DNA of 64,000 bases from an uncultured virus (IMG/VR IMGVR_UViG_3300020048_000049) (Duplodnaviria > Heunggongvirae > Uroviricota > Caudoviricetes): IMG/VR virus record IMGVR_UViG_3300020048_000049. One strand, 5' to 3'. Below the pieces are notes generated by a model. That model did not search any database, had not been told where the DNA came from, and saw only the letters and a program-made list of their open reading frames with translations. Of the stretch, positions 11,004 to 20,992 are shown in pieces. How positions within the stretch are numbered: position 1 is the stretch's first letter; every line of letters begins with the position of its first letter. The position numbers and the translations under genes were made by a program.

Positions 11004-11705
11004 ATGAAATTCATTGGCCAAAAAGAAAACGAAATATTTGATATAATAATTGATAGATATAAAATAGACTATGAATTTGATGATGAGCCTATGGACGGTG
11101 ATGATACTGAAGAAATGGCTGAATCTATCGCAACAAATCAGGGTTGGGATATAAATAAAAAAAATATTTTTTTAAATTATGCTAACATTAAAGAAGGTAA
11201 TGTTAATCCAAGTGATTATAATATAGAATTAAATGAGAAAAAAATGAAAAGTGAAAAAGATAGAATGAAAGAATTGGTTAAGATGTTCTCTAAAAAAGAT
11301 GAAATCTATGTACCAAAATCTAAAAAAGATGATACAAATGAAGGTCTTACCAAAGAGTATTCTGTTCTAAAAAACCTAGCATCTGGAAAAGCAAATGCTG
11401 ATTTTAAAGAAAATTATATGGCCGCTAACGATTTTGGTATGGGCGGAAAACAAGGTACTACCGTTAGCACTATTGCCGACCAAATGTATGATAACCCTGC
11501 AACTGGATATCAGCCTATTAGACAACCTTTAATTCCTGAAGAGGGAATTAGCTTAGCAATTAAAAGAACTTTGAAATCAGGTGCTCCTGTTAAGGATATG
11601 GGGTTTTATGATGAGGTTAATTGGCATCTTATGAGTCTTGGTTTTCCAGCAAAGAATGCATTAGATATTAAAAATGTACTTTTGAGGTTAATTGAAATAG
11701 ACTAA
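11004..11705 (+). CDS. Hypothetical putative virion protein
   Basis: ORF in the same operon; internal LNE..KSEKDRMKEL motif. Confidence 0.6.
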   Translation: MKFIGQKENEIFDIIIDRYKIDYEFDDEPMDGDDTEEMAESIATNQGWDINKKNIFLNYANIKEGNVNPSDYNIELNEKKMKSEKDRMKELVKMFSKKDEIYVPKSKKDDTNEGLTKEYSVLKNLASGKANADFKENYMAANDFGMGGKQGTTVSTIADQMYDNPATGYQPIRQPLIPEEGISLAIKRTLKSGAPVKDMGFYDEVNWHLMSLGFPAKNALDIKNVLLRLIEID

Positions 11706-12227
11706 ATGAAAAAACAATTTATTAAAGAGGTGGTCTTAGCAAAATTAAAAGACCTTATCAGTGAGGTTGGTGAATTTAATTACAATAAAAATTTCACCCC
11801 TAGCGATGCTGTTGCCCAAAAAGCTAAACAGGCTCTTTCTCAAATACAATCAAATGATATGACATCTTCTGGAAGTAATGAAGGGTCTGGTAAACAAAAA
11901 GCTCAAGAGCTTGCTGAAAAAAAATCACAATCAGTTGAACAGCTTAAAAAAATGGCTAACTTTTTTAGTACAAATGCTGCAGCTGTTGTTAGAATTAAAC
12001 AACAAGGCGCCAAAACAGATGCCGATAAAGGCATTATGCAATCATGGGACCTTCATGGCGGAGAGGCTGGAAATCAATGGGTTAAAGGTGAACTTAAAAA
12101 GTTTCACGATGAGAATCTTAGAACTAAGGGCAATCTTAGAAAAGCTGGCGGGGCTGGCGAAAATAAAGGCATGGGAATATTTAGTACCAACCATATGAAA
12201 ACAAACAATCACAGGATTCATAGATAA
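11706..12227 (+). CDS. Conserved phage helical-domain protein
   Basis: P..V...A..AL / KA.ELA / S...L.KM..FF / W.L.GG.AG..W pattern recalled from phage head-module proteins. Confidence 0.5.
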   Translation: MKKQFIKEVVLAKLKDLISEVGEFNYNKNFTPSDAVAQKAKQALSQIQSNDMTSSGSNEGSGKQKAQELAEKKSQSVEQLKKMANFFSTNAAAVVRIKQQGAKTDADKGIMQSWDLHGGEAGNQWVKGELKKFHDENLRTKGNLRKAGGAGENKGMGIFSTNHMKTNNHRIHR

Positions 12228-12229
12228 TA

Positions 12230-12261
12230 TTTGTTTTTTTATTATTCAATTACTATATTTG
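12230..12261 (+). promoter_or_regulatory. Bacteroidota primary-sigma promoter (-33 TTTG, -7 TATATTTG)
   Basis: TTTG 12230-12233, 20-nt spacer, TATATTTG 12254-12261. Confidence 0.75.
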
Positions 12262-12285
12262 CAGTAAACAAATAAAAAAATAAAC

Positions 12286-12876
12286 ATGAGCACAACTTTC
12301 GCACCTACTGCATTTGCAGAATTAGACAAAATCAAAACACCAAATTATGATGGCGCTGCATCTTGGAATTATCAGGATGCTGACGATGAATTAGCTCTTA
12401 TAGCAAAATTCATAGCTTCTAAAACATCTCACGAGTCTGAAATCGACCCTTCTAGAATTAAGTTTTTTTATACAACAAAAGTAAAAAAAGACGGAGGAAG
12501 ATTTATTATTGGAACTTTATCTGCAATAGATGAGCTTCAAAGAATGATTAATGACCAGTATGATTATATTTTATGTATTTATTATCCAGTGTGGAAAGAC
12601 CTTGATTCTAAAAACAAAGCAATCCAATTAGATAAAATTCTTTGCGGTGTTCAATTAGCTCCTGGAAAAGACCAAGCAGAGGTTCAAGTAAAGAAAAAGG
12701 CAACAGATATTCGTGAATATGAAGAAAACATGAATCACTTTGGAAAAGAAGATGTTTTAAACAGTTCTGAAATTGTTAATCGTGCTGTAGAAAGTTTATT
12801 AGAAAAAGAAGCAGAAGATAAAAAAATAAAAAAAGAACAAAACCAAGCTAAGAAAAAACCAAAAAATGTTCAATAG
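12286..12876 (+). CDS. Phage metallopeptidase-like protein lacking HExxH
   Basis: I.FFY...G....YDYIL.IY...W..L...K...LDKILC; expected HELxH site replaced. Confidence 0.55.
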   Translation: MSTTFAPTAFAELDKIKTPNYDGAASWNYQDADDELALIAKFIASKTSHESEIDPSRIKFFYTTKVKKDGGRFIIGTLSAIDELQRMINDQYDYILCIYYPVWKDLDSKNKAIQLDKILCGVQLAPGKDQAEVQVKKKATDIREYEENMNHFGKEDVLNSSEIVNRAVESLLEKEAEDKKIKKEQNQAKKKPKNVQ

Positions 12877-13132
12877 TGCCAGAGAGGAAATATTGAGGCT
12901 TTCAATTGAGAGACTAAATAATAAGGTTGAATCAATAATGTTCAGCATAAACATCATATTATCTAATCCAGATAAAGCTGAAAAGCCTGTTGATAAAATG
13001 ACGGAACTATTAATTGAATTTTCTGTGGCCGAAAATGCTTTAGTGCATGCTAAGTCATTATTAACTCAAAGTTTAGAGCAAAAAATGAGAGAGCTAGAAT
13101 CTTTACAAAAAGACAATAAAACTGACCAATGA
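12866..13132 (+). CDS. Hypothetical helical protein
   Basis: ORF track. Confidence 0.6.
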   Translation: MFNSAREEILRLSIERLNNKVESIMFSINIILSNPDKAEKPVDKMTELLIEFSVAENALVHAKSLLTQSLEQKMRELESLQKDNKTDQ

Positions 13133-13362
13133 TGATAATAATTTTAAAAATAATACTGAGTATCGTAGCTATAGCTAACATATTTGTATTTATAACTGTC
13201 TTAAAAGACTTTATAAAAGTAAGGAAGACAGAAGGATATGATAATTTATCTATTTGGGAAAAAATGAAATTCAGTTCTATTTTTTCTTTTATGTTCACAT
13301 CTCTTTTAAGTTTGTTTATATTTCTTATTTATTTTGTAATAATACCAATACAGATAGGCTAA
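13129..13362 (+). CDS. Small membrane protein (2 TM)
   Basis: Hydrophobic ORF. Confidence 0.6.
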   Translation: MMIIILKIILSIVAIANIFVFITVLKDFIKVRKTEGYDNLSIWEKMKFSSIFSFMFTSLLSLFIFLIYFVIIPIQIG

Positions 13363-13661
13363 TGTTTAAAAATTTATGGAAACATTCTAAGGCACGGTTC
13401 TATGTTTTAAATACACTATGGAACTATGAGTTTTGGATTTTTTCAAAAAAAATATTTAGAGATGTAAATCATGTCGTTTCAAATAAAGATGACTTTGCTA
13501 TGGACTATACATTCAAAATAAAGCCAACAAAAAAAACAATTACAAGTAAAAGGTTCTCAGGTTATTTGTTTAAAAATAAAATTTATCACGATAACCCAGG
13601 TTTGCAAGATATAGATTCTGAAACCTGGTTAGCATGGAAGAAAAAAGGATTAATTGATTAG
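13362..13661 (+). CDS. Hypothetical protein
   Basis: ATG 13362 overlaps the upstream stop. Confidence 0.6.
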   Translation: MFKNLWKHSKARFYVLNTLWNYEFWIFSKKIFRDVNHVVSNKDDFAMDYTFKIKPTKKTITSKRFSGYLFKNKIYHDNPGLQDIDSETWLAWKKKGLID

Positions 13662-13664
13662 ATT

Positions 13665-13691
13665 AAATTGCAGCTATAGGCTGCAATTTTT
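13665..13691 (+). terminator. Intrinsic terminator
   Basis: aaattgcagc-tatag-gctgcaattttt. Confidence 0.8.
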
Positions 13692-13736
13692 GTTTAATTA
13701 TGTTTTTTCTAGATATTTATTAGAAAAACTCTAATC

Positions 13737-15421
13737 ATGGCCAAAAAAGAAGAAACATACCCTGAAGGATATCCACGCCAACAAGAGAAATTCAGCGAGG
13801 AGCAAAAATTCAAGTTTGATGTTTTTGAAGCAATTAAACAAATTGCTTTAGATACAACTGAAGATGCATTTGAGTCTGAAGGATATAAAGAAAAGGGCGG
13901 AAGAGCTGGGGAATATTCAAATGGAGATTCTTATGGTGTTGGAACATCATTACACCATTTTAATATCAGATTATCATCAAGACCAAATACGAATACTTAC
14001 TTCGAAAAAATAATTTATTTTGGTGGAAAAAAAGCCATTACTGATGTAAATATTGGCTGGGATGCAGCAAATAAAACAATCGAATTAGCATATAAGAATT
14101 CTGAATTTAGTGCTTTTAGAGGATATGGTTCAAAAATTGGCGCTCAGCTAGTAAATGAAAGAAGCAATTTCGTTATAAAATCATTGCCTGCATTCAAAAA
14201 AGAATTAAAAGAATTATTTAAGTCATTTGCCGAGAAAGAAGTTGCTTATATTACAAGCACAAAAATTGGTATTGAAGATAAAACAGAAAAAAGTATTAAC
14301 TCAATGGTAGAAACATCTATGAAAAAATTTAGCTTAAAAAATCTTATGACTTCTTCTGATGAAGATTTGTCAAGTGCGGTTGATAAATATATCAGCGAAG
14401 GCAAAGAAGGCATTGATAAAGATGAAAAAACAAGAATGAATAGCCCTGAAGTTATTGCGGCTAATTCTAAGGATAAACTTTTATTTGATGATGTTGAAGA
14501 ACTTGAAGAAGGAGATTTTAAAACTGCAGCTAAAAACGGACTTAAAAAATTTGGCGTTGTAGCCGTAAATGAATTAAAACCATCTGAGAAAAAAGCTTAT
14601 TTTGAAGCACTTGAAAAAGAGCTTACAATAAAGGAAGAAGGTCCAGCGGTTGGAGGTGGAGCAACTATTTCTGGAGATAATGCTGCAGGTTCTGCGTTCA
14701 CTGGCCCTGTAGCTTTCAAAAAAGGTGGTGACCTTAATCTTGAAGCTAATGAAAAGTTAGCAAAAACTCCTTATGCACAAGGTCAAAAACAAAGAGCATC
14801 AGTAACAAAAACTATGAAAGAAGAAGAAATTTTAGGCGAGATTCTTTTTGGACTACAGTTGAACTTACTCCTGGCTCAGGATATGTCCCTAAAGGAATGG
14901 ACCATAACTATGTTGTCGGACAACATGAAAAAAACTTAAACGAATCTATGCAACCTAAAAAACAAGAAGACAAATCTATTATCAAAGAATCTTTGATAAA
15001 AAGAAAATTCACTTCTCTTAATGAGAACGAAGAAAAAGGAATCAATAAAAGATACATTGTTACAGAACAAAGAAGTTCTGATGAACAAACAGATAGATGG
15101 AAAAAACTTTCTTTATTCGAAACTTATGAAACAATAAATGCAGCTGAAAACTGTGGTTGTGGAGCAGAAGATTTAGGACAAGTTTCTATGGAACAAGGTC
15201 AAGAAGAAAATGAAAGAGAATTTATGCAAAGAAACTCTGATGCTGAAGCTGGCGGAGAAGTTGATGGAAGAGAAGTTGTGGTAGTAGCCAAGCCAGGTTC
15301 GCTTTCTAATGCTATGTTTAAAGTGTTTAAAGATGATTACTTAAATGAAGGTAAAGCATATATTTTAGACCTTAATTCAGGAAACTTAGTTTCTAATCCA
15401 AGCTTTAAATCGAAAAAATAA
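13737..15421 (+). CDS. Large acidic putative virion/scaffold protein with a -1 frameshift near 14830-14845
   Basis: Second frame is open upstream of ATG 14897 (DSFWTTVELTPGSGYVPKGMDH), so one gene is likely; TATTTAT 13714-13720. Confidence 0.55.
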
Positions 15422-15438
15422 AAACTTATAAATAACTT

Positions 15439-15468
15439 AAAAACCCATCCTTAAAAGATGGGTTTTTT
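15439..15468 (+). terminator. Intrinsic terminator
   Basis: aaaacccatc-cttaaaa-gatgggtttttt. Confidence 0.85.
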
Positions 15469-15521
15469 ATTTTGTTTTTATTACAAAAAACAATATATTT
15501 ATTTATAAAACATTCAAAAAT

Positions 15522-16010
15522 ATGAAAAAAACGAAGGTTGAGAATATATCTGGATTTAAATTAGATTTTTTTTTAAGACAAAATAAAGAAGATGTGCGTG
15601 TTGTACTTGACGCTGGAGAATCATCCTGGTGTGACCAAGGAACTACCACTAAATCAATGATTCTATATGAGAGAAAAAATCTTATCAAAAGCGAAGCGCA
15701 TTCTTTTGATACAATTGTAGATGAGGATGCAGCCAACATAAATAACGATGAGGTATTAGATAAACTTCACACTACAGAAGACATTGAATATATTAAAATA
15801 ACGGGCGTAGACCCTCCAGAATTAACTCCAGATACAACTGAAGAAACTTTGACTCCAATTGAGAAAGCAAAAAAAGAAGTTGAGGAATATAAAAAGGCGC
15901 CAGAAAAGACTTACAAAGGCAAAAAAAGAGGGCCAAAGAAAAAGAGAGGTCCTAAGAAAGGCTCTAAAAGAAAAAGCAAAGGTGACTTACCAGAAAGCCA
16001 GTCAGAATAA
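15522..16010 (+). CDS. Hypothetical protein with basic KKRGPKK repeats (possible DNA binding)
   Basis: Two KKRGPKK motifs. Confidence 0.6.
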   Translation: MKKTKVENISGFKLDFFLRQNKEDVRVVLDAGESSWCDQGTTTKSMILYERKNLIKSEAHSFDTIVDEDAANINNDEVLDKLHTTEDIEYIKITGVDPPELTPDTTEETLTPIEKAKKEVEEYKKAPEKTYKGKKRGPKKKRGPKKGSKRKSKGDLPESQSE

Positions 16011-16273
16011 TGATTTCAAGAGAATTTAAAATAAGTCTAAAGACATTTAGGAGAAGAAAATTAACTCTACTTCAACATAAACTTAGGGTTGTGATGAAGT
16101 GCTATACGGTTAATAATTTCAATCTTAATGATGTTGATAATTCTTTTAGCTTTCAAAAAACTTTCAAAAAAAGCGGTATACAAATTAATGATAGTAATGT
16201 AAATACTGGAAAATTTGAAGTCTTTGATATTTTAGATTCAGATGACATTATATTAAAAGTTTATGTTGACTAA
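16010..16273 (+). CDS. Hypothetical protein
   Basis: ORF track. Confidence 0.55.
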   Translation: MISREFKISLKTFRRRKLTLLQHKLRVVMKCYTVNNFNLNDVDNSFSFQKTFKKSGIQINDSNVNTGKFEVFDILDSDDIILKVYVD

Positions 16274-17027
16274 AAGAGAAGAATATATAAAAACATTTTT
16301 TATCCCCCTTCAAAAAAAAGAAGGAGTATTCTACATGTCTGATAATGAGGCAGAAACCATTGTTAATAAAATTTCTAAAATTGGCAATAACATTGGATTT
16401 GTAGGCCATAATGCTAGTCAAGATGCTTTAAAATTAGAGCAAAGAAAACATAAATATGATGTGTGGATTGCTAAAGAAGCTAAAAAAAATTTAAGTATTT
16501 TAGATAGAGCAATTGATTTAAGACTCATAATAGATTGGGCCATTGATACAAAGGCTGATTTGTTCGCTTATAATTTTCAGGAAGCATCTGCCGAGCAAGC
16601 CTCATGGCATCAAAATATGTTAAATCAATATGATATTGAAGACATTAAAATACCTGAGATTGACCAAGAAAGAATTGTATTTAGGTTTAGTGATAAAAAA
16701 CACTTTTTATATTTATTAATTCCAAGTGAATTAAAATTTGAAGGTAAAATCATGGGCCATTGTGTTGGAGGGCAAAACTACAAAACAAAAGTAAGCTCAA
16801 AACAGTCGTTTATAATTTCTATGAGAGACCAAAACAACGAGCCGCACGTAACAATTGAAATTGATATTCCTTCATCTCAAGTTGTTCAACAATACGGGAA
16901 AGGAAATAAAGAACCTGTTATAAAATATCAAAGATTATTAAAGGAATTTGTGCTATACGCTAGCAACTTTAAAGGTATAAATAGCTCAGAAACACTTAAA
17001 TTTCTTAATATGAATTTTTTGCAATAA
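16263..17027 (+). CDS. PcfJ-like domain protein
   Basis: WH...ELKFEGKIMGHCVGG...SMRD..NEPHVTIEI...QQYGKGN. Confidence 0.8.
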   Translation: MLTKREEYIKTFFIPLQKKEGVFYMSDNEAETIVNKISKIGNNIGFVGHNASQDALKLEQRKHKYDVWIAKEAKKNLSILDRAIDLRLIIDWAIDTKADLFAYNFQEASAEQASWHQNMLNQYDIEDIKIPEIDQERIVFRFSDKKHFLYLLIPSELKFEGKIMGHCVGGQNYKTKVSSKQSFIISMRDQNNEPHVTIEIDIPSSQVVQQYGKGNKEPVIKYQRLLKEFVLYASNFKGINSSETLKFLNMNFLQ

Positions 17028-17084
17028 AAATGTCACTTAATAATTTATCTAAATATTTATTAGAAACAAATAACTTAGATAAAC

Positions 17085-19487
17085 GTGTCATATACAGCCT
17101 GTACAATATCTTTAGTAGCCCCTCACCATAATCCAGATGAAGGCAGAGTAATAATCAATAATAATTTTGGTTGTATATCTAATGCTATATCTAACCTGGA
17201 AATTGTTAGTGCAACAGGTTCAACTTCAGTAACTCCTGGTACAAATATTGACGTAAACTTAACGATATTAAGTGGAATTCCTGACTATACAGTAAGTGTC
17301 ATTGATAATCCTATTTTTACATCATTATCAGCAACAAGTATATCTGCTACAACATTTTATTCAGGTTCTACTCCTTTAGAAATTATATTTAGTGGTTCAA
17401 ACATTTGGAGTTCATCAACAGGTGCAAATTCAATTATTGCAAACAATGGAAGTGGAAATGTAGCAGCTGGAAATTATGCTATTGCAGGTGGCTCACAAAA
17501 CGCAGCTTATTATGATGGGAGTGTGGTTGTTGGCGGTTCTCAAAATATATCTGCAGGTTACTCTGCTTTTATTGGAAGTGGAAATAATAATACGGCAAAT
17601 GGAGATGGGAGTGTTATTGTAGGTGGTAATTTTAATTTATCAAATGGAAAAGATTCTTTTGTTGGGGCTGGCTTAAGAAATTCGGCAACGACAGATTATT
17701 CAATAATTGTAGGAGGATATAAAAACTTAGCATCTGGAAATAATTCAATTGTCGGAGGGGGTAGACAAAACTCATCAACATCAACTTATTCATCAATCTT
17801 TGGAGGATTTTTAAATAAATCATTAGGCGTTCTTTCTTTTGTTGGTGGAGGTTTTGAAAATTCAGCTACAACAGATTATTCAACAGTTGTTGGAGGAAAT
17901 ACAAATTTAGCGTCTGGAAATCATTCTTTTGTTGGAGGAGGCAAGAGAAATAAAGCTACGGGATTATATTCTTTTGTTGGGGGTGGATTAAGAAATATAG
18001 CTGTAGATAGCTCTTTAGTAGTTGGCGGAAGAGACAACACTTCTTCTGCTCCTTATTCTATTGTAATTGGCGGTAAAGGTAATTTTGCATCAGCAAATTT
18101 TACAGCCATTAATGGAGGATATGCAAATACTGCCAATACTGCTTATGCAATTGTAATAGGCGGTTATAAAAATATCGCTTCAGGAAATAAATCATTTATT
18201 GGGGGTGGAGGCTATAATGTCTCTTCTGGATATGGTTCGGCTATTGTTGGAGGAATAAACAATTTAGTTTCAGGTTATAAATCATTTATTGGCGGAGGCT
18301 CTTTAAACACGGCATCTACATATTTCTCATCGGTATTGGGTGGATTATCAAATGCTGCGCCATCATTTTACTCTACTGTTGGCGGAGGCCACTCAAACTT
18401 AGCAAGCGGTCCGTATTCAACTATTGGGGGAGGTTATTTTAATTTAGCATATGGCATAGTTTCTGTCGTTGCCGGAGGTCAATTAAATAGTGCTACTACA
18501 CAATATTCATCAGTACTTGGAGGAAAACAAAATTTAGCCTCTGGATTACATTCTGCAGTATTAAATGGCTCTGGAAATACAGCCTCTGGAAATCGCTCTG
18601 CAGTTATTGGGGGCCAAAATATAAATGGTTCTGCAAGCGATACAGTCTATATGCCAAACGCAAGACTTGCTGAAATGGCTGGCACTGTTATTTATTCTGC
18701 AGGCACTGATTTATATGATATTTTTGGAACAGCTTCAAGTGTTATATATTCAAACCCAGCATCTACACCTACAACAATTGGAGGTATTACAGCTGGTTCA
18801 ACTTTCTCTGGAAAAACAATGCAACAAATGTGGGATTCTTTATTATATCCATATCAAGTGCCAGCATTTAGTTCTTTTGCAAGAACAAATTTAAGTACAA
18901 CATATGAATTGGGTGAAACTGTTTTGGTAGGTTCTCAAACTTTTTCTTGGTCATTTAGTAATGCATCAAACGTATCTGCAAACACAACAACTATTGTTCA
19001 AAATGTTTCTCCAACTACAACACTTTATGGCCCTAGTTCAAATACAAGTCCTAGTGCAATAACTGTGGTTACTGCATATTCTGCAGGAACATCCACAACA
19101 ACAACATTATACACAATTTCTGCAACAAACACATCTGGTAGCTCACTTTCTACAACTATTTCTAGAAGTTGGAGGCCTAGAATTTATTATGGTACAAGTG
19201 CTTCTTTAACTTTGAATGAAGTAGGTATCGAAGCATTAACGAGTAGTTCTCTTGCAAGTGGATTTGCTGGAACTTATAGTTTTGCTGCAGGTGATTATAA
19301 ATATTTTTGTTACCCTTCTTCTTTTGGAACGGCAACAACATTTAAGGATAGTTCAACAAACTTAGATATTGCAATGGAAGCAGCTTATGTAGTTTCGGTA
19401 ACAAACGCATATTTTGTAACACAAAATTATAATGTACATAGAACAACAAACATTTTAGGAAGTAGCATTAGTATAATAATTTCATAA
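17085..19487 (+). CDS. Tail fibre/spike-like protein with Gly-rich beta repeats
   Basis: Long array of ~15-aa S.(V/I)GGG..N.A repeats; Ser/Thr-rich C-domain; GTG start after TATTTAT 17054-17060. Confidence 0.75.
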   Translation: MSYTACTISLVAPHHNPDEGRVIINNNFGCISNAISNLEIVSATGSTSVTPGTNIDVNLTILSGIPDYTVSVIDNPIFTSLSATSISATTFYSGSTPLEIIFSGSNIWSSSTGANSIIANNGSGNVAAGNYAIAGGSQNAAYYDGSVVVGGSQNISAGYSAFIGSGNNNTANGDGSVIVGGNFNLSNGKDSFVGAGLRNSATTDYSIIVGGYKNLASGNNSIVGGGRQNSSTSTYSSIFGGFLNKSLGVLSFVGGGFENSATTDYSTVVGGNTNLASGNHSFVGGGKRNKATGLYSFVGGGLRNIAVDSSLVVGGRDNTSSAPYSIVIGGKGNFASANFTAINGGYANTANTAYAIVIGGYKNIASGNKSFIGGGGYNVSSGYGSAIVGGINNLVSGYKSFIGGGSLNTASTYFSSVLGGLSNAAPSFYSTVGGGHSNLASGPYSTIGGGYFNLAYGIVSVVAGGQLNSATTQYSSVLGGKQNLASGLHSAVLNGSGNTASGNRSAVIGGQNINGSASDTVYMPNARLAEMAGTVIYSAGTDLYDIFGTASSVIYSNPASTPTTIGGITAGSTFSGKTMQQMWDSLLYPYQVPAFSSFARTNLSTTYELGETVLVGSQTFSWSFSNASNVSANTTTIVQNVSPTTTLYGPSSNTSPSAITVVTAYSAGTSTTTTLYTISATNTSGSSLSTTISRSWRPRIYYGTSASLTLNEVGIEALTSSSLASGFAGTYSFAAGDYKYFCYPSSFGTATTFKDSSTNLDIAMEAAYVVSVTNAYFVTQNYNVHRTTNILGSSISIIIS

Positions 19488-19497
19488 AAAATAAAAT

Positions 19498-20877
19498 ATG
19501 TCATCAATATCAGGCTCAGTAAGATTTACTGGTTTCATAGCACCAACAGACAGCACAGATACTTATCCAGTGTTCAAGCCAATCTATGGACTTGGTGGAC
19601 TTAGAACTGTTGATACGATAGTAGATAGAGATGCTATTACTACAGCTAGAAGAGAACAAGGAATGCTTGTTTATACAAAAGCGGATAATAGTTATTATCA
19701 ATTGGCTAGTGGTCTTACTAATTCAGATTGGTCTAATTTAAATTTAACAAATGGAGGGTCTAGTTATACAAATCAATTTTTTATTTCAGCAACTAGCATA
19801 AATAACTATACTGGTATTTCCACTACAGCACTTACTGCTTATAGTGTTTCAGATATTTATTTAACTCAGTTTGAAAATTCAAATACAATAACTGGGACTA
19901 CATTAAATATAGACGGACTTGGAGCGTTTGATTTATTGAAAGGCACCGATGAAGGATTGGCTCCTCTTGAAATAGGCGAAATTCAAACTGGAGTAACTTA
20001 TTTCTTAACTTATGATGGAACACAATTTCAGTTTTTTACATCATCACCAGAAGGAACACCAGGAACTTATACAAATTTAAGTCCAGCAACAGTAGCTGTA
20101 GGAGGAATTACAGTTGGTACAACATTTAGTGGGGCCACATGGCAATCAATATTTGATACAATGTTTCACCCTACTTTAACGCCAAACTTTACAGCGTTTT
20201 CGCTTAGAACAACATCTGCATCAGGAAGCTCAATTCAAACTCAGTCATTAGAAGTTGGTAACTCTGTAAGTGGAGGGTCTAAAGCTTTTACTTGGACAAC
20301 ATCAAATTCATCATTTGTAAATCCAGCATCAATAAGAATATATAGCGGAGCAACAAATATATCAGTACCAAGTTCTGGTATGACCAATGATAGTTATGAA
20401 GCTCTAACGCTTACCAATACAAGAAGAACTACACAGTCATCTTTTGTTTGGTATGCATATGGAACTAGAACAAATAATTCTACGTTCAGTTCTTCTTTTA
20501 CTGTGAATTGGTATTGGAGAAGAATGTACGGTGTAAGTACTGCAACAACATTGTCTACCTCGGCTGACATTAATGCTTTCAGTGGAACTGGAGCATTAAC
20601 AACGTCTATGCCTGGAACATATGTTTTGAATGGTGCTGGTTATAAATATTTTTTCGCACCAACAACGTTTGCTAATCCATCATTATTTAAAGATGCATCT
20701 ACGCAATTAGCAGTATCTATGGCAGATGCTACTGATAATAGTTTCTTCAGTGGAGTATCTGGAAGTTATAGTTATGGAACTACTTCTGTAACTAATCAAT
20801 TTGGAATAGCGCAAAATTATAGAGTATATCGTACACGCAACTACCTCAACGGAAATATTACAATAACAGTAAGTTAA
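19498..20877 (+). CDS. Tail fibre-like protein
   Basis: N-domain shared with the 20965 ORF; C-domain shared with the 17085 ORF. Confidence 0.7.
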   Translation: MSSISGSVRFTGFIAPTDSTDTYPVFKPIYGLGGLRTVDTIVDRDAITTARREQGMLVYTKADNSYYQLASGLTNSDWSNLNLTNGGSSYTNQFFISATSINNYTGISTTALTAYSVSDIYLTQFENSNTITGTTLNIDGLGAFDLLKGTDEGLAPLEIGEIQTGVTYFLTYDGTQFQFFTSSPEGTPGTYTNLSPATVAVGGITVGTTFSGATWQSIFDTMFHPTLTPNFTAFSLRTTSASGSSIQTQSLEVGNSVSGGSKAFTWTTSNSSFVNPASIRIYSGATNISVPSSGMTNDSYEALTLTNTRRTTQSSFVWYAYGTRTNNSTFSSSFTVNWYWRRMYGVSTATTLSTSADINAFSGTGALTTSMPGTYVLNGAGYKYFFAPTTFANPSLFKDASTQLAVSMADATDNSFFSGVSGSYSYGTTSVTNQFGIAQNYRVYRTRNYLNGNITITVS

Positions 20878-20878
20878 G

Positions 20879-20992
20879 ATGAAATTAAAAGAATATATTT
20901 TATATGTATTGATAGACCCAACAACAAAAGTGTTTTTAAAAAAAGATTTAAATATATATAACAAATGCAAATTCAGGGAGCAATACCAGTAA
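20879..20992 (+). pseudogene. Possible remnant N-terminus of a GIY-YIG homing endonuclease
   Basis: MKLKEYILYVLIDPTTK resembles HIYTLTDPET of the intact gene at 30615. Confidence 0.4.
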
